Positions 7,788-16,485 of a stretch of 40,775 nucleotides of DNA are shown in pieces. Under the pieces are notes generated by a model that made no database searches, was not told where the DNA came from, and was given only the letters and a program-made list of their open reading frames with translations. Within the stretch, counting starts at the first letter, position 1, and every line of letters starts with the position of its first letter. The position numbers were made by a program, and so were the translations under genes. The DNA is from a virus (taxonomy: Duplodnaviria; Caudoviricetes), in the IMG/VR virus record IMGVR_UViG_3300012031_000027, positions 1 through 40,775 of that record; one strand, given 5' to 3'.

Positions 7788-9569
7788 CTAAAATCCTATT
7801 TTCATTTCTTCGTTAATCCTATCGGTTAGCTCTGCAGCATCCCCGGCGTTGAATGTTTGAGCGGTCAATACATCGACGCCAAACTTAAAATAGAATCGCC
7901 TAAAGCTTTCGCTATCAGGACGACCCGCCGCCCTTTGATGTCCCGCCCACCAGCTCATTGATTCTCTTAGTGCTACTTGCGCTGGGTACCTGTCGATGTG
8001 GTCTTGTATCTCTATTTCTTGTTTAGCGACAAATCTTTTAACGTTGGCCATTTGATTAATCAGCGGTACGTGCTTGCTGACTAATTCCTGTCGATAAACT
8101 TCTTTATCTTTAAGCGCTTTTCTAAATTCTTCTAAAGTAGCATCTACTCTCTCAACATCGCCGCGCATTATTGCCAAAGCTGCGGGATCTAATTCTATTA
8201 AATCGCCGTCCACTTGTTCAGGACCTGCACGAGAAGAAGGCAGCGTTTTAAATCCACAAACTGGGCATACCGAAAATACACGCTCGTAAACTGCGGCGCA
8301 AAGCACGCCGGTTATTTCGTCGATCCCTAAGCATGTGCGCGTTGGTATTTTATCGTTGTCGGCGCTTTTTCCTTTTTTCTCTCGGCGATCTAATGTCCAT
8401 TTTCTACGCGCGTCAGGCAACCCATGGCGCTGTACGTTACCAACGTGATCTATTATAAACGCGAAAAACTTCCCCTCCAACAATCGCAACGCACGGCCGA
8501 ACTGTTGAACATAAAGAGCGTAGGACTCGGTGGCCCTTGCCATGCTAACCACTTCTATAGCGGGTAAATCAAAACCCTCGCCGAACAAATCCACGTTAAC
8601 GAGCTGTAGTAATTCGCGTTTTTTAAAACGTTGCAACACCGCTATGCGTTCAGAGTCTGGCGTTTTTGCGCTTACAACGGCCGCAGGAACACCCGCCGCG
8701 TTAAATTTTGCGGCTACTTCGATGGCGGTTTCAACACTATCGGTAAAGGTTACACCTAATCTGTTTGGCGCTAATCGTAGATAATGCGCTACAACGTCCC
8801 CAACTATGTGGGATTTACGTACCGCCGCTTTAAGCTTTACGTGGCCGAAGTCGCCAGAAGTTCCTACCGCGTCCGATCCGGGTCGCACAAAATCCGATGG
8901 CGGGGCGAATACGCGATATTCTGTTAAGTAGTGCATGTTTATTAGGTCACGCATGCCCGGCCCTTCTACCATGACGTCAAATAAACCGTCTACATGGCGC
9001 CCTAGCCCCTTGCCATCGGCGCGCAGGGGAGTAGCAGTGACGCCCAGCCCCTTGGCGTTCGGAAACATAGCAAACGCTGTTCCCCATTTGTTTGTGGCCA
9101 CAACGTGATGACATTCATCAATTACGCACAAAGTAACAGAGTTCAGCCAAGCACCTAGCTCTTTAGTGCGACGAACCAAAGTATCGACGCCCGCTACAGC
9201 ACAATTGGAATTAGGATCATAGTAGCTAGCGCCTAATTCCATCATGTGCAAATTAACGCATAATTTAACCACAGATTTAGGGCCTATTATGCGATGGCGG
9301 ACTTTGTCGCGTGCTAGCGCTAGCGATATTTGACTGACTAACTCTTGACGGTGAGCAATGGCACAACTTGCCCCCTTGTGGTCGTGAATAATATCGGAAA
9401 ATAAAACCGTTTTACCGGCCCCCGTCGGCAGCACTGCAAGGACATTAGTCGCGCCGCTGGCCCACCCATTATAAATATCCGACTTAGCTTTCGTTTGGTA
9501 AGGCCTTAAATGGTCTAACCGTCCGGCGACTGCTACCTCTACCGCTACGCGTAATTGTACTGGGATCAT
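7788..9569 (-). CDS. Superfamily 2 DNA helicase with C-terminal Zn ribbon
   Basis: LRPYQ, PTGAGKT, DECHH, TATP, EGFDLP, QQFGRALR, IDHVGN and CPVCG. Confidence 0.92.
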   Translation of the reverse strand: MIPVQLRVAVEVAVAGRLDHLRPYQTKAKSDIYNGWASGATNVLAVLPTGAGKTVLFSDIIHDHKGASCAIAHRQELVSQISLALARDKVRHRIIGPKSVVKLCVNLHMMELGASYYDPNSNCAVAGVDTLVRRTKELGAWLNSVTLCVIDECHHVVATNKWGTAFAMFPNAKGLGVTATPLRADGKGLGRHVDGLFDVMVEGPGMRDLINMHYLTEYRVFAPPSDFVRPGSDAVGTSGDFGHVKLKAAVRKSHIVGDVVAHYLRLAPNRLGVTFTDSVETAIEVAAKFNAAGVPAAVVSAKTPDSERIAVLQRFKKRELLQLVNVDLFGEGFDLPAIEVVSMARATESYALYVQQFGRALRLLEGKFFAFIIDHVGNVQRHGLPDARRKWTLDRREKKGKSADNDKIPTRTCLGIDEITGVLCAAVYERVFSVCPVCGFKTLPSSRAGPEQVDGDLIELDPAALAIMRGDVERVDATLEEFRKALKDKEVYRQELVSKHVPLINQMANVKRFVAKQEIEIQDHIDRYPAQVALRESMSWWAGHQRAAGRPDSESFRRFYFKFGVDVLTAQTFNAGDAAELTDRINEEMKIGF

Positions 9570-9594
9570 TTAAAACCTTTTTTTTTATTTGCTG

Positions 9595-9636
9595 TTGACG
9601 CCTATAACATTACGCTATAGTATCTATCCGTGTCAA
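9595..9636. promoter_or_regulatory. Overlapping divergent sigma70-like promoters
   Basis: Plus strand TTGACG-17-TAGTAT (9595-9623); minus strand TTGACA-18-TAATGT (9636-9607). Lies between the divergent early operons. Confidence 0.7.
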
Positions 9637-9658
9637 CAACTAACAGGATTAAAAAACA

Positions 9659-10351
9659 ATGCAATCAATTAGTATAACAATACCGTTAACTCACTCAGCA
9701 CTAACCCGCGCGTCAGACATGTTGCACGGCTTGGCTTTGGATGTAAGCAAAGAAGATAGACCTATGTTTACAACTGAAGAGCTAAAGGAGGCCACAACTA
9801 ACCAACTAGAAGCTTCTGAAATATTTGCTAGCCCTAAGAGTTCGACAACCGAAAAACGAGAAGCTTCGGAAGTATTTGCGGGTTCTGAGTCAGACCCAAT
9901 CGAATCCTCAGCGCCGGTGTCAGGTGTGGAATTATGTGGGGAAGGCTTGCCATGGGACTACCGAATACATGGAGCCGGACGCACCAAATTAGCTAAATCT
10001 CCTCACGGCTGGAAGAAAAAGCGTAATGTTGACCCTGACTTTATTATACAAGTCGAAGCCGAATTACGCGCGGCTATGGCTGTGGGCTCGGCGCCACTAG
10101 TTTCTGGTCCGTCCGTAGTGGAACAGGCAGCACCAACGCATCTAACAGCAACACCAGCACCAGCAACAGCACCAGCAACAGCACCCGCCGAAATAACTAA
10201 CTTCGCGGCGCTAATGTCGGCTTGTACGGCCAAGGGTCTAACGTCTGAGCAAGTGATCGCCGCGGTCAATACTGCTGGGTTAGGATCAATACCTTTACTA
10301 GCCGCACGCCCGGACCTTATACCCGCTGTTGCGCATAATTTGGGGTTATAA
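9659..10351 (+). CDS. Conserved phage hypothetical protein (replication module)
   Basis: GLPWDxRIH...WKKKR motif, Ala/Pro linker, AGGA SD; position upstream of a DUF2800-like nuclease is typical. Confidence 0.75.
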   Translation: MQSISITIPLTHSALTRASDMLHGLALDVSKEDRPMFTTEELKEATTNQLEASEIFASPKSSTTEKREASEVFAGSESDPIESSAPVSGVELCGEGLPWDYRIHGAGRTKLAKSPHGWKKKRNVDPDFIIQVEAELRAAMAVGSAPLVSGPSVVEQAAPTHLTATPAPATAPATAPAEITNFAALMSACTAKGLTSEQVIAAVNTAGLGSIPLLAARPDLIPAVAHNLGL

Positions 10352-10352
10352 T

Positions 10353-11522
10353 ATGTCACATTCCATTTTACCGCCCTCGTCGGCGCATATCTGGGGTAAA
10401 CCCGACGGGTGCACGGGTTGGGTGCTAATGTCGCAAACTTATCCCGATTTAGAAGAGTCGCAAGCGGCGCGCGAGGGTACGGCGGCGCATGAGATAGCCG
10501 CTCAGATAATAACGGACGCAAAAACTAACCGAGTGCAAAATCATTCTGCAAGCGATTGGGTCGGTATTACAGCATCTAACGGCGTGATATTTACCGAAGA
10601 AATGTTTGATTCTGCTAAAGAATACGCTGACGACGTTATTACTGTAATGCGCAAGACGGGCGTACTTGGCGGAGAGCACTTACGCATAGAACAGCGCGTT
10701 GATATTCCAAAGGTTCACGAGGTAAACTGGGGCACGCCCGATTGTTCTATTTATCATGAACTGGGTAATGCACTTTATTTGTGGGATTTTAAGCATGGTT
10801 TTGAGGTCGTCGAGGCGTTCGAAAACTGGCAGGGTATTGATTACTTGGCGGGTCTTATTGATGCTCACGATATTAATGGCCACATTGACCAAAAGACGAC
10901 AGTGCATCTTCGCATAGCCCAGCCGCGAGCCTTTCACCGTGAGGGGACAATCCGCGAGTGGGTTATAACCGCCAGCGACTTACGAGCTTATTTTAATACG
11001 CTAAACGCAAATGCTCACGAAGCGCTGGGACCTAACGCTAAGTTTCGCACAGGCAGCCATTGCAAATACTGCACGGGTCGCCACGCTTGCCCAGCTGCTT
11101 TAAAAGCTGGACTAGGCATGTATGAAGCGGTTAGTGCGCCTATGCCTGTTGAATTAACGCCCGAAGCGCTTGGTTTGCAACTGTCTATTGTCAAACGCGC
11201 GCGTAAGCAGATTGAGTATTTAGAATCTGGTTTTGAAGCCCAAGTTAAAGCGCTATTGCACAAAGGAACGCTAGTGCTTGGATGGTCCGTAGAGGATAAA
11301 ATAGGCAAACAAAAATGGGACAAGCCGATTAATGAAGTTATAGCACTAGGCGATATGTTAAGTTTTGACCTTCGCAAACCGCTTGACGCAATAACACCAA
11401 CGCAGGCTAAAAAACTAGGTATTGACGATGCCGTCATTATGGCATACAGTACACACCCTAGAACCGGGCTAGCAATAGTGCCGGATAATGGAAACAAAGC
11501 AAAACAGGTATTTAAAAAATGA
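10353..11522 (+). CDS. Cas4-like PD-(D/E)XK exonuclease (DUF2800-like)
   Basis: HSILPPSSA..W..C, A.EGT.AHE, GTPD, DFKHG, QPR and HCKYC...C. Start reassigned to ATG 10353. Confidence 0.88.
   Translation: MSHSILPPSSAHIWGKPDGCTGWVLMSQTYPDLEESQAAREGTAAHEIAAQIITDAKTNRVQNHSASDWVGITASNGVIFTEEMFDSAKEYADDVITVMRKTGVLGGEHLRIEQRVDIPKVHEVNWGTPDCSIYHELGNALYLWDFKHGFEVVEAFENWQGIDYLAGLIDAHDINGHIDQKTTVHLRIAQPRAFHREGTIREWVITASDLRAYFNTLNANAHEALGPNAKFRTGSHCKYCTGRHACPAALKAGLGMYEAVSAPMPVELTPEALGLQLSIVKRARKQIEYLESGFEAQVKALLHKGTLVLGWSVEDKIGKQKWDKPINEVIALGDMLSFDLRKPLDAITPTQAKKLGIDDAVIMAYSTHPRTGLAIVPDNGNKAKQVFKK
11422..11450 (+). promoter_or_regulatory. Internal promoter for the SSB gene with TGAC-N6-GTCA operator
   Basis: TTGACG-17 bp-TACAGT; palindrome TGACGATGCCGTCA at 11423-11436. 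Confidence 0.6.
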
Positions 11523-12451
11523 CATCAATTACGAATATACTAACCCCCGTTGGTCGCTTAGTACAAGGCGACTGCTTCGAAGCACAAACAAAAGACGCCG
11601 AGGGAAACCCCCTGACTATTAAATTCGGCGCTAACGCTGGGCAACCCCGAGTAGATTTTTATATGGGGATTGCTATTCCTAAAACTGATCCGGGCTGGGC
11701 TGAAACATGGGGCATTATACATGGGGTTGCACGGGCGTCTGCGCCGTCACTTTTTGACGCTTCGGGAAATTGCATCAGTCCGAAATTTGCGTTTAAAATA
11801 ATTGACGGCGATAGCGTAGTGCCTAATACAAAGGGTAAAAAGCCGTGCGAGCGAGAAGGTTTCCCAGGTAATTGGATCATGAGCTTTAGCGGCGGGTTCG
11901 CTCCAAAGTGCTACACCGCCAACGGTGAAACGCTAATAACCGATCCGCTTATGCTAAAGCGTGGCTATTATATCCGCATTTACGGCAGCGTTAAGGGCAA
12001 CGGGTCAACACAGCAGCCCGGCATATTTTTAAACCACACTATGGTTGAATTGGTGGGCTACGGTGAAGAAATTGTTATCGGTCAGAGCGGCGACGCTGTT
12101 TTCGGTGCGTCACCCGCTGCAGCACTGCCCGCTGGTGCAAGCGCTACGCCTTTGGCCGGTTCCGCACCGTTAGCACAAGGCCCCGCAATGGCGCCGCCCG
12201 CTCAGGGTCTAGCACAAGGCCCCGCAATGGCGCCGCCCGCACAGGGCCCAGCGCAAGGTCCCGCACAAGCTCCACTTAGCAACGTTGCCCCCGCGCCGGA
12301 CTTCTTAAAGGGACCAGCACCAGCACCAGCACCAGCACCAGCACCAGCCGAGGTGAAATATCTCGACGCTAATAATACTCCGTGGACCGAAGCGGAATTG
12401 TTATCGTTTAACTACACCGCCGCGCAAATACAAGCATTACCACGCGCTTAA
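11519..12451 (+). CDS. ssb: Single-stranded DNA-binding protein (DUF2815-like) with Pro/Ala-rich tail
   Basis: TPVGRLV, KIIDGD, GYYIR and GIFLN..MV...GYG motifs; located between the exonuclease and polymerase genes. Confidence 0.8.
   Translation: MTSITNILTPVGRLVQGDCFEAQTKDAEGNPLTIKFGANAGQPRVDFYMGIAIPKTDPGWAETWGIIHGVARASAPSLFDASGNCISPKFAFKIIDGDSVVPNTKGKKPCEREGFPGNWIMSFSGGFAPKCYTANGETLITDPLMLKRGYYIRIYGSVKGNGSTQQPGIFLNHTMVELVGYGEEIVIGQSGDAVFGASPAAALPAGASATPLAGSAPLAQGPAMAPPAQGLAQGPAMAPPAQGPAQGPAQAPLSNVAPAPDFLKGPAPAPAPAPAPAEVKYLDANNTPWTEAELLSFNYTAAQIQALPRA
12171..12348 (+). repeat. Coding tandem repeats in the SSB tail
   Basis: 39-bp-period duplication (LAQGPAMAPPAQG x2) and ACCAGC x6 at 12313-12348 encoding (PA)n. 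Confidence 0.9.
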
Positions 12452-12464
12452 TTTCTCCGACCTT

Positions 12465-12488
12465 GGCCCGCTTCGGCGGGTCTTTTTT
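12465..12488 (+). terminator. Rho-independent terminator after ssb
   Basis: GGCCCGC-TTCG-GCGGGTC-TTTTTT with a cUUCGg loop. Confidence 0.9.
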
Positions 12489-12504
12489 AATTTAAAGGTG
12501 ACAT

Positions 12505-12747
12505 ATGTATTTCTATAAACGAGGCGGAAAGCAGATCCTAGATCTACGCGGGGATCTAATATTAACCCACAATGACGATCTGATAAAAGGCCGCGTAAAA
12601 AGCGCAGCACCCGGCGGCGTTAAAAATGCAACCTACATCGTGGTTCGAAACATGGGTTTTATACGCAAACTTAAAGCCACATTTTACGCTATGCGTTTTA
12701 TATTCGGTCCTAATCAGGCGCTAGACTCTGAAAAAGAAAACCTTTAA
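12505..12747 (+). CDS. Hypothetical protein
   Basis: 80 aa, AAGGTG SD, TAATG coupling to the polymerase. Confidence 0.7.
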   Translation: MYFYKRGGKQILDLRGDLILTHNDDLIKGRVKSAAPGGVKNATYIVVRNMGFIRKLKATFYAMRFIFGPNQALDSEKENL

Positions 12748-14972
12748 TGAACGCCTCGACGCTGTTAGCCGGACACCGCTTACCCGCTGGTTGCGGTTTC
12801 TCAACTGTACTCCCGGACCTAGATTTCGAGACATACAGCGAGGCGGGCTACACATGGGACCCTGAGCTTAAAAAATGGGTATCGATAACTAAGTCACCTC
12901 CGCACGGATTGGGCGCGGTCGGCGCTTCTGCATACTCTGAGCACCCATCGACCGAAGTGCTTAGCCTGGCGTATGACCTAAAAGACGGCCAAGGCGCAAG
13001 AATGTGGCTTCCGTGTATGCCTGCGCCTGTTGAACTATTTGAACACATAGCTAAACTCGGCTTACTTGAAGCCCACAACAGCGCGTTTGAGTGGCACATA
13101 TGGTCTAATGTCTGTCACGCTCGCATGGGATGGCCCGCGCTCCCGTATTGGCTTTTGCGTGATTCAATGGCCAAAGCGAGGGCCTTCTCTTTGCCGGGTC
13201 AACTTGGCAAACTAGCTCAAGTATTAGAAGTGACGGATCAAAAAATTGACGATGGCAAACGCTTAATTAATAAGTTTTGTAAGCCACGTAATCCAACTAA
13301 AAAAGACATAAGAACGCGCATTCGACCCGAAGAGGACCACGACGACGGACCAAAACTATACAGCTACAACGTAGGCGATATTAAAGCAGAATCTGCCGTT
13401 TCTGCGCTTATACCAGACTTGAGCACCGATGAGCTAGAGTTATGGTTGCTAGACCAGTGCATTAACCTGAGAGGCGTTCACATTGACCCTGAGGGCCTCA
13501 ATAATTGCCTAGCTATAGTTAAGCAAGCGTTTGAGAAATACACAGCCGAATTAATAGCAATAACGTGCGGCACTGTTCAAAGCGCCGGAGAGATTGGAAA
13601 AATAATCGGCTGGCTCGGCGCTAATGGCGTACATATGTCTAGTGTAGATGCTGAGCATGTCGAAGATGCCTTAAAACGTGACGACTTGCCTACCAATGCT
13701 CGCCGTGTCTTAGAAATACGCGCATTAATAGGCGCAGCTAGTGTTAAAAAACTGTTCGCAATAGACCGTCGCCGCTCTGCCGACGGACGCCTACGAGACC
13801 TCTTCGCGTTCTGTGGCGCTGACCGTACAGGGCGCTTTGCTGGCAGAGGACCGCAACCACAGAACCTGCCAAACAGCGGGCCTGAGGTTGTGCTGTGCCG
13901 TTGTGAGCTGCATTATTCGCCTCATTTAAAAGAATGCCCTTGGTGTCGTTCGGCCGCCAGTTTTGCAAAACCCGCAGAGTGGGGGATAGATGCCGTTGAA
14001 GATGCGCTTACAGTCATAGCATCAAAAGATCTTAAACTGGTAGAGCATTACTTTGGCGACGCTATAGCGGCTGTCTCTGGCTGCCTGCGGGGCTTGTTTT
14101 CCGCTGCGCCCGGTTGCGACCTTATTTGCTCTGACTATTCCGCTATAGAAGCTGTGGTCTTGGCAATGCTGTCGGGCGAGCAATGGCGTATAGACGTTTT
14201 CCGCACACATGGCAAAATTTACGAAATGTCGGCCGCTAAAATATCCGGCGTGCCGTTTGAAGACTTGATCCGGTATAAAAAAGACACTGGCGACCATCAC
14301 CCGCTACGTAAAAAAATAGGTAAAGTGGCCGAATTAGCCTCGGGGTATCAAGGCGGTTACGGCGCATGGTTAGCATTTGGCGCGGATAAACATTTAGGCG
14401 AAAAAGAGATCCGCGAGTCAATTAAGGCGTGGCGCAAAGAATCGCCGATGATAGTTAAGTTCTGGTACGGGCTACAAGACGCGGCAACCGCTGCAGTGCA
14501 AAACCCCGGAACGTGCTATTCGTACAACGGCTTAACATATGGCGTTAAAGACGACGTTTTATACTGCCAGTTATTGAGTGGTCGTAAATTATCCTATCAT
14601 CAGCCAAGGCTACATCCCGATACGACACCGTGGGGAAAACCTGTTTTAAAACTCACATACATGGGCTGGAATTCGGACTATAAGAAAGGCCCACTGGGAT
14701 GGATGCGTATGGATACGTACGGCGGTAAGCTGTGCGAGAACGTAGTACAAGCGATAGCTCGGGACATATTAACTTTCGCCATGAAGAACGTAGAGCGCGC
14801 CGGGTATGCTATCGCCCTGCACGTTCACGATGAAATTGTAAGCGAAGTAGTAGAAGCAACGGGCTCAATAGAAGAGTTTGAGCGAATTATGGCAACAATG
14901 CCAACATGGGCCGCAGATTGGCCAATACGCGCTGCCGGTGGCTGGCGTGGTAAACGATATAGGAAGGGTTAA
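12747..14972 (+). CDS. polA: Family A DNA polymerase with 3'-5' exonuclease
   Basis: DFETYS, AHNSAFE, TGRFAG..QPQNLP, motif A DYSAIE, motif B K..EL..GY and motif C HVHDEIV. Confidence 0.93.
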   Translation: MNASTLLAGHRLPAGCGFSTVLPDLDFETYSEAGYTWDPELKKWVSITKSPPHGLGAVGASAYSEHPSTEVLSLAYDLKDGQGARMWLPCMPAPVELFEHIAKLGLLEAHNSAFEWHIWSNVCHARMGWPALPYWLLRDSMAKARAFSLPGQLGKLAQVLEVTDQKIDDGKRLINKFCKPRNPTKKDIRTRIRPEEDHDDGPKLYSYNVGDIKAESAVSALIPDLSTDELELWLLDQCINLRGVHIDPEGLNNCLAIVKQAFEKYTAELIAITCGTVQSAGEIGKIIGWLGANGVHMSSVDAEHVEDALKRDDLPTNARRVLEIRALIGAASVKKLFAIDRRRSADGRLRDLFAFCGADRTGRFAGRGPQPQNLPNSGPEVVLCRCELHYSPHLKECPWCRSAASFAKPAEWGIDAVEDALTVIASKDLKLVEHYFGDAIAAVSGCLRGLFSAAPGCDLICSDYSAIEAVVLAMLSGEQWRIDVFRTHGKIYEMSAAKISGVPFEDLIRYKKDTGDHHPLRKKIGKVAELASGYQGGYGAWLAFGADKHLGEKEIRESIKAWRKESPMIVKFWYGLQDAATAAVQNPGTCYSYNGLTYGVKDDVLYCQLLSGRKLSYHQPRLHPDTTPWGKPVLKLTYMGWNSDYKKGPLGWMRMDTYGGKLCENVVQAIARDILTFAMKNVERAGYAIALHVHDEIVSEVVEATGSIEEFERIMATMPTWAADWPIRAAGGWRGKRYRKG

Positions 14973-14974
14973 CA

Positions 14975-15109
14975 ATGAGAGTAGGTTTAAAATTAAGTAA
15001 AAAATCCAGAGCGCATTTAGCATCTATTACAATTAAAGATGCCGACGGGTATATGCTATTACCGCCCAAGTCATTAGGCGTTGTATCTAAAAAAAAAGCT
15101 AAAGATTAA
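14975..15109 (+). CDS. Small basic protein (44 aa), absent from the ORF track
   Basis: MRVGLKLSKKSRAHLASITIKDADGYMLLPPKSLGVVSKKKAKD; AGGAAGGG SD; its stop overlaps the convergent holin-like stop (TTAA). Confidence 0.5.
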   Translation: MRVGLKLSKKSRAHLASITIKDADGYMLLPPKSLGVVSKKKAKD

Positions 15110-15369
15110 CTATTTTTGCGGATTGCGGCAAGTAACCGCTCCGCTTCTTTTTCTTTGAGTATTATTATTTCTAATTGCGTCTTTTGATACTCGATGCGGC
15201 CTTTTCTAAAATGTGTGTAAATTAAAACCGTAGAAAGCACGATACCTAGCAGCGTGGCTAGTTTTCCGATGTCGTTAGGGATCATGTCAAGCGCGGTCCC
15301 CATTCCAGAGCCTATGGTGCCCATCACTGTGGCCCATGCTATCTTAATATCATTTACTACATTGCTCAC
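15106..15369 (-). CDS. Putative holin/lysis membrane protein
   Basis: 87 aa with hydrophobic segments and a charged C-terminus; last gene of the lysis cassette. Confidence 0.55.
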   Translation of the reverse strand: MSNVVNDIKIAWATVMGTIGSGMGTALDMIPNDIGKLATLLGIVLSTVLIYTHFRKGRIEYQKTQLEIIILKEKEAERLLAAIRKNS

Positions 15370-15371
15370 AG

Positions 15372-15947
15372 TTATTTGCCTTTAGTAAGTATCGAAAGTA
15401 TACCGGCAATGCCAGAAGGTGTCGACGCGCCGTTAGCGGCATCTAATTTATTTTTGTGTTCTTGCTTTAATACGCCAAAATATGCCCACAGTAGTGTCAC
15501 AAGCGGCCCTAGTATTGCGAGGATAAACGGCCAGCCTTCCACTATGGTTTTGACCATAAGGTCATTTGACGTAAGAACGCCGTATGTCCAAGTACATATC
15601 GTTACTACTAGCACGAAAGCAACCACATGGAACGAACCTTTAGCGATATAAGGCCGCGTACTTTGTGGATTTTTAGCGTCTGATTCTAAGGCGGCCCGCA
15701 CCGTAGAGTAGCTTTCCTGTATTTGCGTTATCTCGACGTCAAATTCTTTTTCCATAATAGACGCTTGCTGCTCGGCTGGCAGTCTAGAAATAGCGCTATT
15801 AATGTCGTGACCGGTTGCGCCGTTAGGTAATTTCTGGTCGTCCGGTAAAAATTCGTTTACAGCGCCCACAATAAGCGAGCCTGTTCCGGGCAGCGCTACT
15901 TGTAAAGCGGTGCTGCCTACTTTTTTCACTATATCCCACAGTTTCAT
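15372..15947 (-). CDS. Holin-like protein (3TM/GTA-holin type)
   Basis: TRP motif followed by two hydrophobic helices and WAYFG; adjacent to the endolysin. Confidence 0.7.
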   Translation of the reverse strand: MKLWDIVKKVGSTALQVALPGTGSLIVGAVNEFLPDDQKLPNGATGHDINSAISRLPAEQQASIMEKEFDVEITQIQESYSTVRAALESDAKNPQSTRPYIAKGSFHVVAFVLVVTICTWTYGVLTSNDLMVKTIVEGWPFILAILGPLVTLLWAYFGVLKQEHKNKLDAANGASTPSGIAGILSILTKGK

Positions 15948-16474
15948 ATTTTCACCCTATGCTTAAACCAGCCATAAACGAACGTCTCGTCTTTCTCGCG
16001 CCGTTCTGCTAGCTCGATGTAGAACGCGCCTTGCAAACAATTAAGCGCCTTAACAAGTGTGCTCTCGTCGCGCTGCTCAAGGTATCGAGTTAAGGCGCGT
16101 AAAGTGGCAGGGCCTATGACGCCGTCAACTTTAAGATCAGGATATAAGCCCTCGCGGTTGTTTAGCACGTTGAGCGAACGCTGCAGAAATAGCCCAGCGC
16201 GGTTGACGCCCATATTAACGCCCGTGTCGACCACCTCTTCGGTTATCGCTTCGGATAACTTAAGTAAGCAATCACCTTGGACCGCGTCCCAATACTGTGT
16301 CTTGTAGATACTGAAAGCCACATAACGAGGCAGCGAACGCATAGCGCCCTCGTATCCGTAGGCGCGAGCGACGGCCAAAGTTATACCGAAGTTCGTCTCG
16401 CCGCCGGAATCGCTAGGGTCGTCAACATATCCGCCCTCAACCTTGATAATTTCGTCAATTATGCGCTTTTTCAT
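15944..16474 (-). CDS. Endolysin, glycoside hydrolase family 108 with PG-binding domain
   Basis: EGGYVDDPSDSGGETNFGIT, DTGVNMG, LKVDGVIGPATL and F.YGW..R. Confidence 0.92.
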   Translation of the reverse strand: MKKRIIDEIIKVEGGYVDDPSDSGGETNFGITLAVARAYGYEGAMRSLPRYVAFSIYKTQYWDAVQGDCLLKLSEAITEEVVDTGVNMGVNRAGLFLQRSLNVLNNREGLYPDLKVDGVIGPATLRALTRYLEQRDESTLVKALNCLQGAFYIELAERREKDETFVYGWFKHRVKI

Positions 16475-16485
16475 TTTTTAAGGCC

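Noticed and set aside
10353-11522. Cas4-like nuclease as part of a CRISPR-Cas system
   Set aside because: No other cas genes or array; it sits in the usual exonuclease-SSB-PolA replication block.
12747-14972. DpoZ / modified-base genome
   Set aside because: No PurZ, dATPase or other base-modification genes are recognisable.
16117-16128. TGAC-N3-GTCA palindromes (here and near 5259) as extra operators
   Set aside because: Spacing differs from the N6 sites and no matching promoter geometry was seen.
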